From an uncultured Rhodopirellula sp. (GTDB lineage: Bacteria > Planctomycetota > Planctomycetia > Pirellulales > Pirellulaceae), in assembly GCA_964007735.1 (NCBI GenBank), contig CAXGAI010000030.1:1-57312 (forward strand): a stretch of 57,312 nt of DNA, given 5' to 3'. The position numbers and the translations under genes are program-made. Shown here piece after piece: positions 49,290-57,312 of the stretch. The notes beneath the pieces were generated by a model. That model saw only the letters and a list, made by a program, of their open reading frames with translations, was not told the origin of the DNA and did no database searches. Positions within the stretch are counted from its first letter, which is position 1. Every line of letters begins with the position of its first letter.

Positions 49290-50315
49290 ATGGAATACCG
49301 TTTTTTAGGCAATACAGGTGTGAAGGTATCAAGCGTTTGTCTTGGGACGATGATGTTTGGCGGTCAGACTACAGAATCTGACTCTATTAACATTATGCAT
49401 AAGGCTTTCGACAATGGCATCAATTTTGTTGATACGGCAAACATGTACAGTCTCGGCGCTTCAGAAGAGGTCGTTGGAAAAGGTATCCGGGGTAAAAGAG
49501 ACGACCTAGTGGTTGCGACTAAAGGCCGTCAAAAAATGGGGGATGGCCCGAATCAGCAAGGCGCAAGTCGTTATCATCTAATGCAAGAACTAAACGCGAG
49601 TCTTAGCCGCCTCAATTTAGACCATATCGATATCTACTACACTCACACCCCGGATTACCAGATACCAATTGAAGAAACACTCCGCGCCATGGATGACATG
49701 ATTCGATGTGGAAAAGTGAGATACATTGCCTGCTCGAATTTCCGTGCTTGGAGACTTTGTGAATCACTATGGAAAAGCTCTGAATTTAACTTGAATCGTT
49801 TTGCCTGTGTTCAGCCGTTGTATAACATCGTCAATCGAGACGTTGAGGTGGAACTACTGCCTTTGTGTCGCGAACACAAACTTGGCGTTGTGTGCTATAG
49901 CCCGCTGGCCCGGGGAATTCTTACAGGCAAATATCGATTGGGACATGACTTCCCCGATGGAAGTCGAGCCTCAAGAGGAGATCGTCGGATGTTACAGGCC
50001 GAATTACGGGATGCCAGTATCACCGTTGCCGAGAAACTAAATGAGTACTGCGATGGAAAAGGGGTGAAAACAAGCCAATTTGCGTTGGCTTGGGCATTAG
50101 CAAATCCCATCGTGTCCTCCGTGATAATAGGTCCCCGAACCATGGAGCAATTCGAGGATAATATAACGGCACTAAACTATCAGCTAACCGCTGAAGACGA
50201 AGCCTTCGTAGATAGTCTAGTCCCTCCAGGCGAACACAGTGGCTTCGGTTTTCAGGACGACGCATACCCATTTAGCGGTCGCCACATTTCAGAGATTCAG
50301 GATGATCGCCCGTAG
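49290..50315 (+). CDS. Aldo/keto reductase
   Basis: LGTMMFG, DTANMY, SEEVVG, ATK, GKVRYI, QPLYN, YSPLARGILTGKY. Confidence 0.93.
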   Translation: MEYRFLGNTGVKVSSVCLGTMMFGGQTTESDSINIMHKAFDNGINFVDTANMYSLGASEEVVGKGIRGKRDDLVVATKGRQKMGDGPNQQGASRYHLMQELNASLSRLNLDHIDIYYTHTPDYQIPIEETLRAMDDMIRCGKVRYIACSNFRAWRLCESLWKSSEFNLNRFACVQPLYNIVNRDVEVELLPLCREHKLGVVCYSPLARGILTGKYRLGHDFPDGSRASRGDRRMLQAELRDASITVAEKLNEYCDGKGVKTSQFALAWALANPIVSSVIIGPRTMEQFEDNITALNYQLTAEDEAFVDSLVPPGEHSGFGFQDDAYPFSGRHISEIQDDRP

Positions 50316-50317
50316 AG

Positions 50318-51430
50318 TTACGGTTGAAGAACAGCGGATTGTAGGCACCATCGCTTTAGTCTCTCGGGGTTCGGCGACGGGATTGAATCGAAAAGTGTTA
50401 TGGCTGGTTTTCCAGCCTCATCGGTGGTTAACTCAAGTGGCTGGTCGCTTAGATCATTGTGGTAGTAACGATCACTCGGAAAGATGTCGGCAGGGTAGGT
50501 GAAATTAGGGAGGGACGCAAGAGCCGTGCATATAGCGCCTCCAGTAGCGCTTTCCAGCATTCCACCAACCCAGCAAGGAATTCCAACCCGCTGGCAAACG
50601 TTGTGGATGTTTCGAGCGTTCGTAAGCCCACCGACTCGCCCCGGTTTCACGTTTACATAAGAACATGAGTTCAAGTCGATTGCTTGTATTGCGAGTTGCT
50701 TGCTAGATATCGACTCGTCGAGACAAATTGGCGTCTTGATATATTCGGAAAGTTCCGCATGATGTATAAGGTCATCATGTCTAAGCGGTTGCTCGATCAT
50801 GGCGAGATCATAATTATCGAGCCTTCGAAACATATCCTTATCTTGAATCCTGTATCCGGCATTACAATCAATATGGAAAACGGTGTTAGGGAACGTGTTA
50901 CGGACGACTTCCACCATCGTTTCGTCCCACCCGGGTCGGAATTTAAGCTTGATTCGGCGAAATCCCTTTGTGACCGCCCCGCTAATTTCGCGTAACAGAT
51001 CGTCGATAGAGTCCATAATTCCAAAATCAGCCCCAACTGGTATGCTCTCGCCGCCACCCCCTAGCAAGACATGCAAAGGCTTGGACTCCAAGGCTGATTG
51101 GAGCGACCACCAAGTATTATCGAGTACGGCTTTAGCGAAAGGGTTTCCCTTATATACTTCAAGTTGTTGTTGCAGATATTCACCGGACGGGATGTCACGC
51201 CCAAGCAACCTAGGGGCCAGCCAACGCTTAACCACTTCAAACACTCCACCTCCCCACTCCGGACTATAGCAGGGTGCCGCAAGGGGAGCTGATTCTCCCC
51301 AGGAACTAACACTGCCGCTATGCATGCGGCAGAGAACACTGTGGATCTCCGCGTCCTCACCGTAGGCTGTCTTCCAAGGATATATCAGGGGCATGGCCAC
51401 ATGATACAGTTCAATTTTGTCTATTCTCAT
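50318..51430 (-). CDS. menC: o-succinylbenzoate synthase / N-acylamino acid racemase (enolase superfamily)
   Basis: RIKLK, DCN, MIEQP, CLDESI, NVKPGRVGG, WVGGMLES, PADI. Confidence 0.85.
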   Translation of the reverse strand: MRIDKIELYHVAMPLIYPWKTAYGEDAEIHSVLCRMHSGSVSSWGESAPLAAPCYSPEWGGGVFEVVKRWLAPRLLGRDIPSGEYLQQQLEVYKGNPFAKAVLDNTWWSLQSALESKPLHVLLGGGGESIPVGADFGIMDSIDDLLREISGAVTKGFRRIKLKFRPGWDETMVEVVRNTFPNTVFHIDCNAGYRIQDKDMFRRLDNYDLAMIEQPLRHDDLIHHAELSEYIKTPICLDESISSKQLAIQAIDLNSCSYVNVKPGRVGGLTNARNIHNVCQRVGIPCWVGGMLESATGGAICTALASLPNFTYPADIFPSDRYYHNDLSDQPLELTTDEAGKPAITLFDSIPSPNPERLKRWCLQSAVLQP

Positions 51431-51483
51431 GGTGTGCTAGAACCTCGTCGCTTGTTAGTACAGAACAATTTACACCGCAGCGT

Positions 51484-51681
51484 CTATAATTCGTAAAGCA
51501 CGACGACTAAAACGTCGGAGGAAGAGAAGCTACCCATCCCAGGTCCCGATGGGCTTTGGGGCGCTATATTACCAAAGATCTGAACAACGCTCACACCCTG
51601 CTCCGCCATCCACGAATTAATATCGTCCTCCAAAGTCCCTAGTTCACTTTCTATACTCTTAAATATTTTTATCTGTTGCAT
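51484..51681 (-). CDS. Small hypothetical protein
   Basis: 65-aa ORF with an AGGTG RBS, filling the gap upstream of menC. Confidence 0.7.
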   Translation of the reverse strand: MQQIKIFKSIESELGTLEDDINSWMAEQGVSVVQIFGNIAPQSPSGPGMGSFSSSDVLVVVLYEL

Positions 51682-51795
51682 ATTACACCTAATCTAAGTT
51701 GTCTAAGAGATCTTTCACTTGGTCGCGCATATCTGTTACTCTAATATATCGAAATTCAACATTACGCACTGTAGCAAAACAGGAGATCACTCGGC

Positions 51796-52206
51796 ATGCA
51801 GCTAACCCGCAAGACATTCGCTATTACCCTTACCTTTTTCTCCATCCTGATGGCGGCCCAGGCTAACGCTGGTGAACTTGAGAACCTTTCTGGCAATTGG
51901 GCCGGGACCTGGAATAGTGAGATTTCCGGTCATCAGGGGCCACTGAAAGCTAAGTTCACTGTAGCTGGCGAAGATGTTGTTAAAGCGAGATTCACGGGGC
52001 GCTTTTTTAAAGTAGTCCCGTTCAAGTTTAACGTGACGTTAAATGTGACTTCGCAAAAAGATGGCGTGACGAAACTATCGGGAAAAGAGGATTTAGGACG
52101 GGCGCTTGGTACGTACCATTACGACGTTACATACAAGGCTAATGAGTTCGTCGCCAAGTACCACACCGATAAGGACAAAGGTGTTTTTCAAGTCCGGAAA
52201 AAGTGA
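51796..52206 (+). CDS. Hypothetical secreted beta-rich protein
   Basis: AGGAG RBS, signal peptide (ANA), LSGNWAGTW start of a beta-barrel-like domain. Confidence 0.75.
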   Translation: MQLTRKTFAITLTFFSILMAAQANAGELENLSGNWAGTWNSEISGHQGPLKAKFTVAGEDVVKARFTGRFFKVVPFKFNVTLNVTSQKDGVTKLSGKEDLGRALGTYHYDVTYKANEFVAKYHTDKDKGVFQVRKK

Positions 52207-52219
52207 TATTTAAAACGCC

Positions 52220-52927
52220 CTAGATCAGAGAATCCATTGATGTTAATCCGACTGGTTCCCTGCTATGGAACGGCTCCCCATAGCGTACCCCGATCATTTG
52301 GCCCCAGTACTCGGCATTCGTTTTCACGGTATCAAAAAAGGTGGGTGGAGTTTTGGATTTGCCAAACTTAAATTGACTTTCATAACATTGAATTGCAGTT
52401 AGCTTCTTTTCAAACTGCTCTGATATATCAATTATAAAAGCTGGTTGTACGACTTGTTTCAAATGGATACTGAAATAATTGTAGATCCTTTTGGGATGAA
52501 AACGCTCCCCAGGCATATCTGTTTTTGATAACTTCGCCCAAAAACGGGAATCCTCGATCAATTGGGTAGCGGCCACGTGATCAGGGTGGGCATCACACCA
52601 GTACGGTGCAAATATCCAGGGGGCACGGCATAGCCTAAAAGCTGACGCCAATTGTTTTCTGGCGTCTAACGAAGGTTGTAAGGCTCTGTTCGTCAGCCCT
52701 AAACAACCCCGCCAGGACACACCTAAAACATCAGTGGCTAATTTAGTTTCAGCTCGCCGAATTTCCACCGAGCCATGGGGAGTCGGCTCGCCATCCGTAA
52801 GGTCAAGAATCCCAACTCGCTTACCCTCGTCTAGAAATTTACAAATCGTCCCCCCCATGCCCAGCTCGGCGTCATCGGGGTGTGGTGCTACGATAAGGAT
52901 GTCAAGTTCTGGCAACGAAAGTTTCAT
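52220..52927 (-). CDS. bshB1: PIG-L family deacetylase (bacillithiol BshB1-like)
   Basis: APHPDDAELGMGG, DLTDGE, HPDH, YESQF, YGEPF. Start placed at the ATG at 52927. Confidence 0.85.
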   Translation of the reverse strand: MKLSLPELDILIVAPHPDDAELGMGGTICKFLDEGKRVGILDLTDGEPTPHGSVEIRRAETKLATDVLGVSWRGCLGLTNRALQPSLDARKQLASAFRLCRAPWIFAPYWCDAHPDHVAATQLIEDSRFWAKLSKTDMPGERFHPKRIYNYFSIHLKQVVQPAFIIDISEQFEKKLTAIQCYESQFKFGKSKTPPTFFDTVKTNAEYWGQMIGVRYGEPFHSREPVGLTSMDSLI

Positions 52928-53008
52928 GGGACAGCAAATAAAAACAATTGGGATAGTACATGCCTTAGAATACCTAGGAAGTGTTGGCTGTCGCAAGATG
53001 GAGTAAGT

Positions 53009-53761
53009 ATGAAGCGTCTGCGAATTGGACACGAATGGGAGTTCGGTTTTAACGAAACTATTATTGTAGACTATGCGCGTAAAGAGATCGCGGTAAGACG
53101 CCTGGGCGACGGAAGCTGGTTTGCATTTTCCAAGTACTGTCCACATCAGGGTGCGGATCTTAGTGAGGTCGAAATTGTAGACGGTGCCATCCGTTGTCCA
53201 TGGCACGGACTTTGTTTCGAACTCGAGTCCGGAGCAAACATTACCAATCAGTGTGATCCACTCAGGATTTATCAAGTAACAGTCATTCGCAGTGAGGTCT
53301 TTTTATCCGAATCGAAAACTGTTGCTCCCCAGACGAGAACCTATCTATGTCGCTATGGGTGGGATCGTAGGATAGGCAGGTTTGAATCTTCTGGAGACAT
53401 GAAGTTTTCGGTGGGTGACCTCTGTATTGGCATTACTGCTCGTGGTGCCGAGCGAGTCACTATTCTGAACGAAAGTTTAACGGCAGGCGGAGCGTTGGTA
53501 ACCGGTAGGATTACAGGCATTTCCGATTCTGAAACTGAAGCAACGGACAACATCGCGTTTAAGGTTAGCACTTACCTTGAAGATGAGTTCCTGAACCAGA
53601 ACATGGACATTGAAATACTCAATGTCGAGGTATTATTAGACAATCAGGCTATTGTCCACTATATCGGGACGGACCAAGAATCGCTTGGCCCGATCTCAGT
53701 GACTGCCTCTCACCGACTCGGGCTTTCCGTCTCATTTCACCGCGCTCAATTCAATGTTTGA
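53009..53761 (+). CDS. Rieske [2Fe-2S] domain fused to a PSP1/YaaT-like domain
   Basis: GGAG RBS, CPHQG and CPWHG Rieske boxes. C-terminal YLCRYG...GDLCIGITARGAE...IEILNVEVLLDNQAIVHY resembles PSP1. Confidence 0.75.
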   Translation: MKRLRIGHEWEFGFNETIIVDYARKEIAVRRLGDGSWFAFSKYCPHQGADLSEVEIVDGAIRCPWHGLCFELESGANITNQCDPLRIYQVTVIRSEVFLSESKTVAPQTRTYLCRYGWDRRIGRFESSGDMKFSVGDLCIGITARGAERVTILNESLTAGGALVTGRITGISDSETEATDNIAFKVSTYLEDEFLNQNMDIEILNVEVLLDNQAIVHYIGTDQESLGPISVTASHRLGLSVSFHRAQFNV

Positions 53762-53811
53762 TGATTTGAATAAACATTTTGAATCGCGGCCGCGAAATTG
53801 TTATGATAGGT

Positions 53812-53833
53812 GGTAATTCTTTTAAGAATTACC
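53812..53833. promoter_or_regulatory. Perfect 10-2-10 inverted repeat, candidate operator
   Basis: GGTAATTCTT-TT-AAGAATTACC upstream of the response regulator. Confidence 0.4.
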
Positions 53834-53939
53834 CACCCCGTATCCCTCCCTAAACGTACCGAAATACCAGTTTCGTTATTCGTAGTTCAGATTTGCTCTG
53901 CCAAGACCAGGCAGCGCCACGTAATTGCCTTCGTTCCGC

Positions 53940-54572
53940 ATGCCCATTACAGTACTCATTGTCGATGACCACGAACTAATACATAACGGTATTAGTTCCA
54001 TGCTATCTGAAACCAATACGGAAATCATTGGCAACGCTTATGACGGCGAAAATGCGGTAAGACTGACTGAGGAACTCCGTCCTGACCTGGTAGTGCTGGA
54101 TGTGTCACTGGTGGGAATGTCCGGGGTCGAAACGCTTGAACGCATCCTCATGGTCAGCCCTACTACCAAAGTAATCATGTTATCCACTTTCGCGAATCCA
54201 ACCTATATAGCTAGATCCGTAATCCGGGGAGCCAGTGATTATCTAGTCAAATCTGCGGGTCGAGGTGAGTTACTCAGCACAATATCGCGAGCGGTACAAG
54301 GAATCGACCCACCCGATACAAGCTTATTCTCTCGCATTAAGGAATTAATGTCGCGGAGGAAAGATAAACACCTTACCACCTATAAACTTACTAATCGCGA
54401 AGTCCAGGTATTACGCCATCTCGGTCTCGGATTAAGTAACGCAGAGATTGCAACTTCGCTGGCAATTAGCATAGAAACGGTCAAAGAGCATGTCCAAAAC
54501 ATCCTGCGTAAGACTAACGCGTCGGACCGGACCCAGGTCGCTGTTTGGGCCGTCCGAGAGCACCTTATTTAA
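53940..54572 (+). CDS. NarL/LuxR family response regulator
   Basis: LIVDDH, VVLDV, YLVK receiver motifs, LTNREVQVL...SNAEIA...TVKEHVQNI HTH. The ORF extends to 53925. Confidence 0.93.
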   Translation: MPITVLIVDDHELIHNGISSMLSETNTEIIGNAYDGENAVRLTEELRPDLVVLDVSLVGMSGVETLERILMVSPTTKVIMLSTFANPTYIARSVIRGASDYLVKSAGRGELLSTISRAVQGIDPPDTSLFSRIKELMSRRKDKHLTTYKLTNREVQVLRHLGLGLSNAEIATSLAISIETVKEHVQNILRKTNASDRTQVAVWAVREHLI

Positions 54573-54575
54573 CTC

Positions 54576-55487
54576 CTAACCTGTCGGCTTGGCAGCAAGG
54601 GGATGTGTTCGTTCATACACATCTCGAAGTTTAGCCGTCGAAAGATGGGTATAAATTTGCGTCGTGACAAGACTCTTGTGTCCTAAAAGCTCCTGCACAC
54701 TGCGAATATCCGCCCCGCTATCAAGTAGGTGAGTGGCAAAACTATGACGCAAGGTATGGGGAGACGTGCGCGGATCCAACCCAGTAATGCCCACGTATTT
54801 GTCGATGACGCGTCTAATGCTACGGTCGGTAATTCGTTTACCGAACTTGTTCGTGAAGGTGGGCGCTCCGGGTCCCTCAATCACATCCGGGGCAAGTCGG
54901 CGTCGTGACCTCCATTCCTGTATAGCGTTAACAGCGTAACTACCCAGGGGAGCGAATCGTTCTTTCTTACCTTTACCAAGCACTCGTACCAAGCCTTCGT
55001 CTAAATATATGTCTCCGTCACTTAGTGCCACCAGCTCACTTACCCGCAATCCACCGGAATACATGGTTTCTAATATTGCACGGTCTCTGAGGCCGAGGGG
55101 TTTTGAGCGGTCAGGGGCAGACAATAAACGTTTGATATCTTCGCCGGATAAAAAATGTGGTAGCTTCCGATGTTTCCGAGGGTTCCGCAATGGTTTTGCC
55201 GGGTTTTGGGTAACTAGACCTTCGCGTAGACAGTATCGAAAGAAACTTCTTAGCGTCGCAAGTCGACGAGATATACTAGTACGGGCGTAACCGGCCTCTC
55301 CCATCGCGGATATAAACTCGCGAAGATCCGTGGGCTGAAATTCTTTCGGTGACGGCACACTACCATCCTCGAGTTCGAAGAAAAAACAGAAGGACTCCAG
55401 ATCTTCACTGTAACTCTTGATAGTCAAGCCGGAGCAGTTGCGTTCAGCCTCGAGATATCGAAGAAACCTTTCAATAGATGGTCTCAT
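54576..55487 (-). CDS. xerC: Tyrosine recombinase XerC
   Basis: GLRVSEL, GKGKKER, SPHTLRHSFATH, LLGH, TQIYTH, about 300 aa with an N-terminal SAM-like domain. Confidence 0.9.
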   Translation of the reverse strand: MRPSIERFLRYLEAERNCSGLTIKSYSEDLESFCFFFELEDGSVPSPKEFQPTDLREFISAMGEAGYARTSISRRLATLRSFFRYCLREGLVTQNPAKPLRNPRKHRKLPHFLSGEDIKRLLSAPDRSKPLGLRDRAILETMYSGGLRVSELVALSDGDIYLDEGLVRVLGKGKKERFAPLGSYAVNAIQEWRSRRRLAPDVIEGPGAPTFTNKFGKRITDRSIRRVIDKYVGITGLDPRTSPHTLRHSFATHLLDSGADIRSVQELLGHKSLVTTQIYTHLSTAKLRDVYERTHPLAAKPTG

Positions 55488-55723
55488 TGCGACTGGTCTG
55501 AACTGATGGCCTTGAAACGGGTTTGCATTGCCGCCTCTATCCGCGTCAATTTACGGACTTTTTGGCTCATCACCGCGGCGTCATACCAAGTAAAACTCAA
55601 AGCCGGATTCGAGGCATATCGTCCAAGTTGACGCAGCGTATTTTTGCGGTTGCTGTCGTTGAATAAGAAAATGTATTTCTCTTCACCTTTTACCAACGCC
55701 AGGACGTTTATATTTTTGCTCAT
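55484..55723 (-). CDS. Hypothetical protein coupled to xerC
   Basis: INVLALVKGEEKYIFLF...GRYASNPALSFTWYDAA, with an ATGA overlap on the xerC start. Confidence 0.75.
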   Translation of the reverse strand: MSKNINVLALVKGEEKYIFLFNDSNRKNTLRQLGRYASNPALSFTWYDAAVMSQKVRKLTRIEAAMQTRFKAISSDQSQ

Positions 55724-56020
55724 TGGACTGCGTTCTAAAGGACTAATGTGGTTCAATATTATTATCGGTCACGGTAAAGCGTCATCATAAGCACGTATTT
55801 GTTTTTGTACCTTCCATGTTAATTTGTGTCGTTTGTTTGGATTGTCAGCGTAGCTTTTCTAGTGTTTGACGTACTCGTAGAGAAAAAACAATGGTTTTAA
55901 TTGTGTGGTTGCAACCTTCATTTACCCCTGCTTCAAAAAGCCCAATAAATTCGCTACTCTGTAAGTAACGAATACCGTTGAATCTGACAGGCCGACCTTT
56001 CAATACTAGAAAGTTGATCA

Positions 56021-57208
56021 ATGAAAATACATGAATTTCAAGCAAAGGAACTCTTTGATAAGGCTGGGGTCGCCGTATTACAAAATCGAGTAGCGACTAG
56101 CCCGGAGCAGGCTGCCGACGCCTTTGTCGACTTGGGGGCCCCGGTTGCCGTCGTGAAAGCCCAAATCCATGCCGGTGGAAGAGGTAAGGGAACAACGATT
56201 GAAAATCCCGATCAACATGGTGTACAGCTGGTTAAAAGCGCAGAGGAAGCAAGGGCCGTAGCAACTAATTTACTTGGTAACACTTTGGTGACAATCCAAA
56301 CAGGTCCCGAAGGTAAAGTTGTCAATCAAGTCTTAATCGAAGAAGGCTGTAACATCGCTCGCGAGCTTTATCTTGGGATCGTATTAGATCGCGCGCGTAA
56401 AATGCCTGTCTTGATGTGTTCGACGGAGGGGGGCATGGACATAGAGACGGTTGCTGAAGAAACGCCTGAACTTATCTTTAAGGAACACTTTGACCCACAT
56501 TTTGGCCTGCAAGGTTTTCAGGTACGCAAACTTTGCAGCGAACTTGGCATTACGGGTGCCAGCATACGTTCGGCTGATAAATTCATGCGGACGCTTTGCA
56601 ATCTATATGTTGAACTGGATTGTAGTCTCGCGGAGATCAACCCCCTTGTTGTCACCGGGGAGGGTGAGCTAATCGCACTGGATGCCAAGATTTCGTTTGA
56701 CTCAAACGCAATGTATCGGCAAAACGCTATTGCCGAATACCGAGATCTATCGGAAGAGGAACCAACAGAGATTCGTGCTGGTGAGGCCGGGCTCAGCTAC
56801 ATCAAACTTGACGGAAATATTGCGTGCCTTGTGAACGGTGCCGGCCTTGCGATGTCGACGATGGACATCATCAAACTGCATGGCGGCGAACCCGCGAATT
56901 TTCTGGATGTCGGTGGTGGTGCTGATAAATCGCAGGTCACTGAAGCATTTCGCATCCTTTTGTCAGACCCCAATGTTAAAGCAGTTTTGGTGAATATTTT
57001 TGGAGGTATCGCGAGGTGTTCCACCATTGCGGAGGCTATCGTCGCGGCCTCGAAGGAAGTTGGTTTTGAGGTACCATTGGTAGTGCGGCTCGAGGGAACC
57101 GAGGTTGAAGAAGGCCGGCGGATACTCGAGGAGAGCGACGTAGAAATAATTACTGCCACGGATCTCACGGACGCAGCAACAAAGGTTTGCGCCGCTATTG
57201 GCGCGTAG
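56021..57208 (+). CDS. sucC: Succinyl-CoA synthetase beta subunit
   Basis: [54 protein letters not shown]. Confidence 0.97.
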   Translation: MKIHEFQAKELFDKAGVAVLQNRVATSPEQAADAFVDLGAPVAVVKAQIHAGGRGKGTTIENPDQHGVQLVKSAEEARAVATNLLGNTLVTIQTGPEGKVVNQVLIEEGCNIARELYLGIVLDRARKMPVLMCSTEGGMDIETVAEETPELIFKEHFDPHFGLQGFQVRKLCSELGITGASIRSADKFMRTLCNLYVELDCSLAEINPLVVTGEGELIALDAKISFDSNAMYRQNAIAEYRDLSEEEPTEIRAGEAGLSYIKLDGNIACLVNGAGLAMSTMDIIKLHGGEPANFLDVGGGADKSQVTEAFRILLSDPNVKAVLVNIFGGIARCSTIAEAIVAASKEVGFEVPLVVRLEGTEVEEGRRILEESDVEIITATDLTDAATKVCAAIGA

Positions 57209-57243
57209 AAGCTGAATTACAAGTATAAAGTGAAGCAAATCTA

Positions 57244-57312
57244 ATGAGCATTCTTATCAATAAAGACACAAAAGTTATCTGTCAGGGAATTACTGGCGGG
57301 GCGGGAAACTTT
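57244..57312 (+). CDS. sucD: Succinyl-CoA synthetase alpha subunit (5' fragment, truncated by the window edge)
   Basis: Manual translation gives MSILINKDTKVICQGITGGAGNF, directly after sucC. Confidence 0.92.
   Translation, partial: MSILINKDTKVICQGITGGAGNF

Noticed and set aside
52880..53275. Apparent long antisense overlap of the bshB1-like and Rieske ORFs
   Set aside because: An artefact of longest-ORF starts. The probable starts at 52927 and 53009 do not overlap.
53784..53795. 12-bp palindrome TCGCGGCCGCGA
   Set aside because: Short enough to occur by chance, with no supporting context.
54576..55487. Tyrosine recombinase as a prophage or island integrase
   Set aside because: XerC-like length and motifs, housekeeping neighbours, and no att repeats, tRNA or phage genes seen.
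1..57312. Genome-wide UGA reassignment (genetic code 4 or 25)
   Set aside because: TGA ends conserved genes at their expected C-termini (rsgA, lpxC, queA, iscA) and Trp is encoded by TGG, so the UGA at 15764 is site-specific.
1..57312. CRISPR arrays, tRNA/rRNA genes, IS elements
   Set aside because: Intergenic gaps are all under about 300 bp, and I saw no spaced direct repeats, cloverleaf or rRNA signatures, or transposase motifs. This was by eye; tRNAscan-SE and Infernal were not run.

Overview
A gene-dense, bacterial chromosomal window, most likely from a Planctomycetota (Pirellulales-like) genome. This assignment rests on DUF1501 and DUF1549/DUF1553 cytochrome-domain pairs, DUF1571, several sulfatases and an FHA-GAF kinase. 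The left ~18 kb is accessory: three sulfatases, two DUF1553/DUF1501 pairs, an MFS transporter and an aldose epimerase. The rest is mostly housekeeping (rsgA, ftsH, skp-lpxC-lpxA, rsmH, queA, iscS, iscA, cbiET, menC-like, bshB1-like, xerC, sucCD). The main signal missed by the ORF track is a probable selenoprotein at 15725-16075: an ArsC/Spx-like thioredoxin-fold protein with an in-frame TGA in a U-x-x-C motif and a SECIS-like hairpin just downstream. It is followed by a membrane protein that by eye resembles the heme-binding N-terminal half of cytochrome bd subunit I. Other notable items are a Rieske/PSP1-like fusion, a gnnA-like dehydrogenase coupled to lpxA, and a CX4CH protein. I saw no rRNA, tRNA, CRISPR array or mobile element. 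All family calls come from motif recognition by eye, not from database searches.
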